From the IMG/VR virus record IMGVR_UViG_3300024346_000009: a stretch of DNA of 64,000 nucleotides; one strand, 5' to 3'. The notes below the pieces were generated by a model. That model worked only from the letters and a program-made list of their open reading frames with translations. It was not told the DNA's origin and made no database searches. The position numbers and the translations under genes are program-made. Source of the DNA: a virus. Shown one piece after another: positions 58,925 through 64,000 of the stretch; the stretch's first letter is position 1, and every line of letters starts with the position of its first letter.

Positions 58925-59772
58925 TGGCTAAACTTAAAGTAGCAGAGTTGTTTTATTCTATTCAAGGAGAGGGTAGATTTATGGGAGTACCGTCTGTATT
59001 CCTACGAGTCTTCGGGTGTAACTTTACGTGCGGTGGGTTTGGTATGCCCAAGGGCGAGGAAAGTAAGGAGCGGGATTATGCAGCAGCTGAAGTTAAAAAG
59101 TATCTATCTTATAAAGATCTTCCTCTTGTCAGTACAGGCTGTGATAGCTATGCTTCTTGGGATCCTCGGTTTAAGCATCTTAGCCCTGTACTCGATACTA
59201 ATAGTATTACCTATTCAATTATGGATATACTACCGCACAAGAGGTGGGAAGACGAACATCTTGTAATTACAGGTGGTGAGCCTTTGCTAGGATGGCAGCG
59301 CGCTTACCCCGATCTATTGGATCATGATAGTAATAAGAGATTAAAAGAGTTAACGTTTGAGACAAATGGTACACAGGATCTAACCAGTGAGTTCCGTAAG
59401 TACTTAAATGATAACTGGACAAAGACCCGTAAGGATCAACTCACCTTCTCCGTATCACCTAAGCTATCAGTGTCTGGTGAAAAGAAAGAAGAGGCAATTC
59501 TTCCTGATATTGTTACTATGTATGAATGGTTTGGATATACGTATCTTAAGTTCGTAGTAGCTACTCAGGAGGATGCGGATGAGGCAGAGGAAGCTGTAAA
59601 TGCATATCGTAAGAGTGGATTTAATGGGCCAGTATACCTGATGCCGCTTGGTGGGGTAGAGTCTGTCTACTCTCTTAATAATCGACGGGTTGCGGAGCTA
59701 GCAATGAAGAAGGGTTGGAGATATTCTGATCGTCTACAGGTACCGCTTTTTAAAAACGAATGGGGAACATAA
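58924..59772 (+). CDS. queE: 7-carboxy-7-deazaguanine synthase (radical SAM)
   Basis: ELFYSIQGEG, FLR.FGCN..C...CDS (long insert before third Cys), ITGGEPL, ETNGT, SVSPKL. Confidence 0.9.
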   Translation: MAKLKVAELFYSIQGEGRFMGVPSVFLRVFGCNFTCGGFGMPKGEESKERDYAAAEVKKYLSYKDLPLVSTGCDSYASWDPRFKHLSPVLDTNSITYSIMDILPHKRWEDEHLVITGGEPLLGWQRAYPDLLDHDSNKRLKELTFETNGTQDLTSEFRKYLNDNWTKTRKDQLTFSVSPKLSVSGEKKEEAILPDIVTMYEWFGYTYLKFVVATQEDADEAEEAVNAYRKSGFNGPVYLMPLGGVESVYSLNNRRVAELAMKKGWRYSDRLQVPLFKNEWGT

Positions 59773-59775
59773 AAA

Positions 59776-60453
59776 ATGAGTTTAACTAAAACTAAAACTG
59801 ATGCCGAACTAGGCTATAAGGTTGAGGAATATCTAAAATCTAAAGGTGTTCATACACCTATCGTTATTGATAAGCTTCTTGTAAAAGAAGATGCTAAGAT
59901 CAAACGTATTGAGAAGCACTTTGGCGCTATCATGGACATCCTCGGGCTTGACCGAGAGGATGATTCATTAATGGATACTCCAAAGAGGGTAGCTAAAATG
60001 TATGTAAATGAAATCTTCTGGGGCTTGAAACCAGAGAACTTTCCAAAGTGTACTGTCATCGATAATAAGATGGGGTACGATGAGATGGTAATCGAGAAGG
60101 ACATTACATTGATGTCTAACTGTGAGCACCACTTTGTTACTATCGACGCTAAAGCCCACATTGCTTATATTCCTAAGGATAAGGTATTAGGTCTATCGAA
60201 AATGAATCGTATTGTAGAGTACTTTGCCCGTCGCCCTCAGGTACAGGAACGTATTGCCGAGCAAATCTACCATGCGCTCAGTTTTATTCTCGATACCGAA
60301 GATGTGGCAGTTGTAATCGAGGGAGTTCATTACTGCGTAAAATCGAGAGGGGTTGAAGATCATAACTCCTATACCATGACTGCAAAGCTCGGTGGATGTT
60401 TTAAAAGTGAGCCCGATTGCCGTGCAGAGTTTATGTCTCTAATTAAGAATTAA
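59776..60453 (+). CDS. folE: GTP cyclohydrolase I
   Basis: TPKRVAKM, CEHHF, GLSK.NR.V..F.RRPQVQER, H.CV..RGV. Confidence 0.96.
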   Translation: MSLTKTKTDAELGYKVEEYLKSKGVHTPIVIDKLLVKEDAKIKRIEKHFGAIMDILGLDREDDSLMDTPKRVAKMYVNEIFWGLKPENFPKCTVIDNKMGYDEMVIEKDITLMSNCEHHFVTIDAKAHIAYIPKDKVLGLSKMNRIVEYFARRPQVQERIAEQIYHALSFILDTEDVAVVIEGVHYCVKSRGVEDHNSYTMTAKLGGCFKSEPDCRAEFMSLIKN

Positions 60454-60456
60454 ATT

Positions 60457-60891
60457 ATGACCTGGTATGCAAACTCTGAAGGCCGGTATGGGGCTAGTGG
60501 AGCCAAGGGTGACCTTGGTGAAGCAATCGTACAAGATTATTGCAAGACTAATAACATATTATTTGAAGATAAGAATGATATTAACAGTCAAGTAAATCTT
60601 AAAATAGATTGTATCATTGATGGCATTCCTGTAGATGTTAAGTCAAACTACTCCAGGGGTACCCTCTGTATAGAGCTGTATACCAAAAGAAGAGGGGCGG
60701 GGTGGTTCTATACTACTTCTGCTGAACAAATTTACGGGGTAGATGTGGATACTAAAGCGATTTACCGCTATAATATAGAGGAAATGCTAGCTTACATAAT
60801 TGCGAATAAAACCCGCGCAAAGAGAACCGAGAAGGGTGATGTTCTTATGTGGGTACCTGTTACAACCGATATTATTGAGAAACTCCAATGA
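60457..60891 (+). CDS. PD-(D/E)XK nuclease-like protein
   Basis: G..GE helix, ID, VDVK, then .IE. and GW motifs. Confidence 0.6.
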   Translation: MTWYANSEGRYGASGAKGDLGEAIVQDYCKTNNILFEDKNDINSQVNLKIDCIIDGIPVDVKSNYSRGTLCIELYTKRRGAGWFYTTSAEQIYGVDVDTKAIYRYNIEEMLAYIIANKTRAKRTEKGDVLMWVPVTTDIIEKLQ

Positions 60892-61769
60892 AAATTAGCC
60901 ATGAATCCCCGCTTTCTCTTCTTCGTACTTCTCGTACTTACAACGACTATGATTACGCTCTTGTCCACTTGTTCGACACTGAACCCGCGTACTACAAATT
61001 CTTTAAAGAGTCTTTAGCAATAGGTAGAAAGGTTTTGCTTGACAATTCTATCTTTGAACTAGGTACAGCATTTGATCCAGAAAAATATGCGCATTATATT
61101 AGAACTCTTAAACCGACAGAGTATATTATTCCTGACGTGCTTGAGAATACTATTGGTACAATGGATAGTGCTCTTGACTTTGTAGAAAAGTATCCCGATC
61201 TACCAGGAAAGAGGATAGGAGTTGTTCAGGGTAAATCATACTCAGATCTTGTTGAGTGTTATGAATATATGGATAATATTATCGATGTAGATAAGATCGC
61301 TATATCATTTGACTACTCTTATTATCTCCAGCGTTGCCCTCATCCTAATAAATGGATGGGCTACACATTGGGGCGAGCACAAACTTTAACTAGGTTATTA
61401 AAAGATGGCGTTATTAATAAAGACAAGCCGCATCACCTCCTGGGTTGCGCGCTCCCGATTGAGTTTATGTTCTACCGCGAGGGGTTTGACTGGATTGATT
61501 CGATCGATACTTCCAGCCCTGTGGTTCACGGGCTTCTCAATATTGCTTATCAGCCTGGCGGTCTGGTTAATAAACAATCAATCAAACTCGTCGATCTTCT
61601 TAACTCCGTACCCGATGCTAACCAGATGAGAATGATTAAGCACAATGTAATGATGTTCAGTACATTTGTAAGGGGAGAGCCTAAGTCACAAAAAAGCCAT
61701 ACAGATAGTAGATACGATGTAGGTCCATGGACTACTGATCAAGAAAAATATCAGCCCGCAGAAGCATGA
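60888..61769 (+). CDS. dpdA: TGT/DpdA-like deazaguanine transglycosylase (divergent TIM barrel)
   Basis: LLDNS.FE, IPDV, GVVQG, HHLLG, SIDTS motifs in TGT order; within que cluster. Confidence 0.68.
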   Translation: MKISHESPLSLLRTSRTYNDYDYALVHLFDTEPAYYKFFKESLAIGRKVLLDNSIFELGTAFDPEKYAHYIRTLKPTEYIIPDVLENTIGTMDSALDFVEKYPDLPGKRIGVVQGKSYSDLVECYEYMDNIIDVDKIAISFDYSYYLQRCPHPNKWMGYTLGRAQTLTRLLKDGVINKDKPHHLLGCALPIEFMFYREGFDWIDSIDTSSPVVHGLLNIAYQPGGLVNKQSIKLVDLLNSVPDANQMRMIKHNVMMFSTFVRGEPKSQKSHTDSRYDVGPWTTDQEKYQPAEA

Positions 61770-61770
61770 T

Positions 61771-62310
61771 ATGTGGGTTGTATTTTTTAGTCAGACAGGG
61801 TCAGAGATAGTAGAGTTGTGTGAAGCACTAGGTCGTAAGCCTGATCTCATTGTTACAAATAATTTTGAGAGTAAAATTAAGTTCAACCCTGGTGTTCGTA
61901 ATTTAAGAGTACCCATCATGTCTGCCAGTCACGATGGGTTAATGAATTATTTTAAAAATCAATCTATATATAATCCTGCTAAGACTATTATCACCCTACA
62001 CGGTTACCTACGGATTATATCACCTGACATATGTGACAAGTATGAAATATACAACGGGCACCCTGCTGCCATTAATCTATACCCTGAATTAAGAGGAAAG
62101 GACCCTCAAGAAAAGGTGTGGCAAAATATGAGAAATTATCCTATAATAGGCAGTGTTGTGCATAGATGTACAGCTGTACTTGATGCAGGTGAGATCGCTG
62201 GGGTAGTTAATGTATTTAATGAATGTACGTCAGTGTATGCACTATATCAAAAATTAAAAGATACATCGCTTGAATCATGGGTAACGTTTATGAGAGGTAA
62301 GTCGGTATGA
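61771..62310 (+). CDS. PurN-like formyltransferase (candidate preQ1 formyltransferase)
   Basis: FFSQTGS, LHGYLRI, NGHPA, G.VVH......D.G.I. Confidence 0.8.
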   Translation: MWVVFFSQTGSEIVELCEALGRKPDLIVTNNFESKIKFNPGVRNLRVPIMSASHDGLMNYFKNQSIYNPAKTIITLHGYLRIISPDICDKYEIYNGHPAAINLYPELRGKDPQEKVWQNMRNYPIIGSVVHRCTAVLDAGEIAGVVNVFNECTSVYALYQKLKDTSLESWVTFMRGKSV

Positions 62311-62840
62311 AAATTGGATTGTCAGGTGCTCAATCTGTAGGCAAGACAACGTTGTTGAATGCTTTAAGATCTGAGAGAGGTCTGTTGGGATTTACCGTAT
62401 GTGATGAGGTAACTAGAAGGGTTAAGGGATACGGTCTTCCTATTAATGAGGAGGGTACCGATATTACGCAGATGCTAATTATGCAGGAGCATATTATAAA
62501 TGTATTCATGCATGATAATATTATTACCGATAGGACTGCGTTGGATGGATTAGTATATACATCGTACTTGCATCGTAAGAATAAGGTTTCGCTTGAAACG
62601 TTAATCAAGTCGCGTGCTATCTTTAATAAAGTATGGCCAATGTATAACCATGTATTTTATATTGAACCGGAGTTTGATTTAGTTGACGACGGGATACGAA
62701 GTGTTAATAAGCAGTTTAGAGATGAAATTGCAGATCTATTTGAAATGGTTATTGAGAAAGAGAAGCTATCTGTAACGCGTATTAAGGGTTCGGTAAGAGA
62801 TAGGGTAACAACGATTATTGAAATATTGGAAGGTAGATAA
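62307..62840 (+). CDS. P-loop nucleotide kinase (NadR/thymidylate-kinase-like)
   Basis: GAQSVGKTT, DR..LD...Y, DDG.R. Confidence 0.75.
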   Translation: MKIGLSGAQSVGKTTLLNALRSERGLLGFTVCDEVTRRVKGYGLPINEEGTDITQMLIMQEHIINVFMHDNIITDRTALDGLVYTSYLHRKNKVSLETLIKSRAIFNKVWPMYNHVFYIEPEFDLVDDGIRSVNKQFRDEIADLFEMVIEKEKLSVTRIKGSVRDRVTTIIEILEGR

Positions 62841-63760
62841 TGAGTAATCAAGATGAACTGAATAAAATTGTAGGCGTTCACTTAGGCAAAGCTGGTGATG
62901 GATCAGCAGTTAAACCGTATATTACCCCTGATGCAGTAGATAAGACATTACTGGTAGCTGTTCCGCGCTACCTAAATCGTACCGCTTATGATATTCAAGA
63001 GGGCGCTCTTCCCTTCCTAGGTATGGATGCCTGGAACGCATACGAGTTTTCTACTCTTACGAAGAGTGGTTTCCCTGTATCTGGTTGGCTTAAGTTTACC
63101 TATAATGCAAGTAGCCCTAATATCGTTGAATCAAAATCTGTAAAGCTCTATCTTAACTCATATAATATGGCAAGGATCATTAGATCACATAATGAGTTGT
63201 GGATGATTGAGGATCAAATTAAAGCACATCTAAGCGAGACTGTAGGTGATGATGTTCAGGTCTTTTTGCGTATCGGTGATATTGATACTGTTAGACCTAT
63301 GAATGGTGACTTCGTATCATTAGAGTCATATTGTAATGTTTCAAAGATGAATTTTGATCGTTATAATGAGAGCGCAGATATTTTAGAAGTTGTACCAAGT
63401 ATTGGCCGCTATGAGAGATGGAGATCATACTCCCTGCGATCAAATTGCCGGGTGACTAATCAGCCTGACTGGGGCGATGTGTATGTTCATATTAAAGGTG
63501 AAACATCTGTTACCCCAGAGTCCTTACTCCAATATATTGTATCAATGAGAAAAGAGAATCACTTCCATGAAGAAATTGCTGAATGCATTTATAAAAGATT
63601 GTTTGACCTTCTTAACCCTGAGGAGTTATTGGTTACCTGCTTATATACTCGTAGAGGGGGTATTGATATTAATCCTACTCGTGTTTCCAGTAGCCTTCTT
63701 TACAGCCTAGCTCCTGTTATTGATACATTTAATTTCTGTACTAAGACTGCAAGACAATGA
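62840..63760 (+). CDS. queF: NADPH-dependent preQ0 reductase QueF (bimodular type)
   Basis: D.WNAYE, VESKS.KLYLNS, SNCRVTNQPDWG, FHEE, YTRRGGIDINP.R. Confidence 0.92.
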   Translation: MSNQDELNKIVGVHLGKAGDGSAVKPYITPDAVDKTLLVAVPRYLNRTAYDIQEGALPFLGMDAWNAYEFSTLTKSGFPVSGWLKFTYNASSPNIVESKSVKLYLNSYNMARIIRSHNELWMIEDQIKAHLSETVGDDVQVFLRIGDIDTVRPMNGDFVSLESYCNVSKMNFDRYNESADILEVVPSIGRYERWRSYSLRSNCRVTNQPDWGDVYVHIKGETSVTPESLLQYIVSMRKENHFHEEIAECIYKRLFDLLNPEELLVTCLYTRRGGIDINPTRVSSSLLYSLAPVIDTFNFCTKTARQ

Positions 63761-63975
63761 AAATAACTGGACCTGATCCTAACGTCAACGAAATTTGTAA
63801 TGAATTTGAGTCAAGAGCTTGTCATGGGTTTGATAAGTATGGTGTAACGACTGAGCGCACCGATTTAGATTTAATGCAATGGATTCAGCATCTCAAAGAA
63901 GAGTTAATGGATGCTGTTGTATACATCCATCGTATTCAAAAAGAATTGAAAGAGAAACAAGATGACTTCAAATGA
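63757..63975 (+). CDS. Small all-alpha NTP pyrophosphatase (MazG-like) candidate
   Basis: G..KYG.T..R.DL...W..HL.EELMD...Y. Confidence 0.5.
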   Translation: MKITGPDPNVNEICNEFESRACHGFDKYGVTTERTDLDLMQWIQHLKEELMDAVVYIHRIQKELKEKQDDFK

Positions 63976-64000
63976 AGCGCTGGCATTACTGCCCGATGTA
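63962..64000 (+). CDS. Start of next gene, truncated by window edge (possibly queC)
   Basis: ATG overlapping the previous gene, open to the edge (MTSNEALALLPDV); identity is from context only. Confidence 0.3.
   Translation, partial: MTSNEALALLPDV

Noticed and set aside
59776-62310. folE and purN as folate/purine auxiliary metabolic genes
   Set aside because: Interleaved with queE, queF and a TGT-like gene; base modification explains them better
2302-62881. Minus-strand and nested ORFs in the six-frame track
   Set aside because: All overlap well-supported + strand genes and read as antisense or frame shadows with no recognisable motifs
1-64000. tRNA, rRNA, integrase or transposase
   Set aside because: None recognised; intergenic gaps are mostly too short and show no cloverleaf
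1-64000. Frequent palindromic restriction sites (GGTACC, GATC) as evidence of protected DNA
   Set aside because: Explained by Gly-Thr and similar codon pairs; needs observed/expected counts that I cannot compute

Overview
AT-rich segment of a large T4-like (contractile-tailed) phage genome; every credible gene is on the + strand. Order: PAAR-like spike, baseplate (gp25, gp6, gp7-like, gp8, DUF4815/VrlC-like giant); about 27 kb of modular fibre/adhesin genes with accessory 2OG-Fe(II) oxygenase, dUTPase-fold-like and cupin genes; neck-terminase-tail-head block (gp13-gp23, gp3); a GT-A glycosyltransferase; uvsY, uvsW, gp55; then the start of a 7-deazaguanine DNA-modification cluster (queE, folE, nuclease, TGT/DpdA-like, PurN-like formyltransferase, kinase, queF) that runs off the right edge. 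Many TATAAATA late promoters and four sigma70-type promoters are visible. Most notable: (1) a tandem pair of tiny covarying pseudoknots, preQ1-riboswitch-like, covering the RBS at the head of the deazaguanine operon; (2) a two-armed Asn-Pro-Gly hairpin-stalk protein with matched 5+5 repeats next to a hydroxylase and two dUTPase-like paralogues; (3) a plug-and-socket pattern linking consecutive fibre genes; (4) an antisense sigma70 promoter between gp13 and gp14; (5) a recurrent small-Asn-aliphatic motif in virion proteins beside a late glycosyltransferase. All family calls are from motif recognition and synteny by eye; no searches were run.
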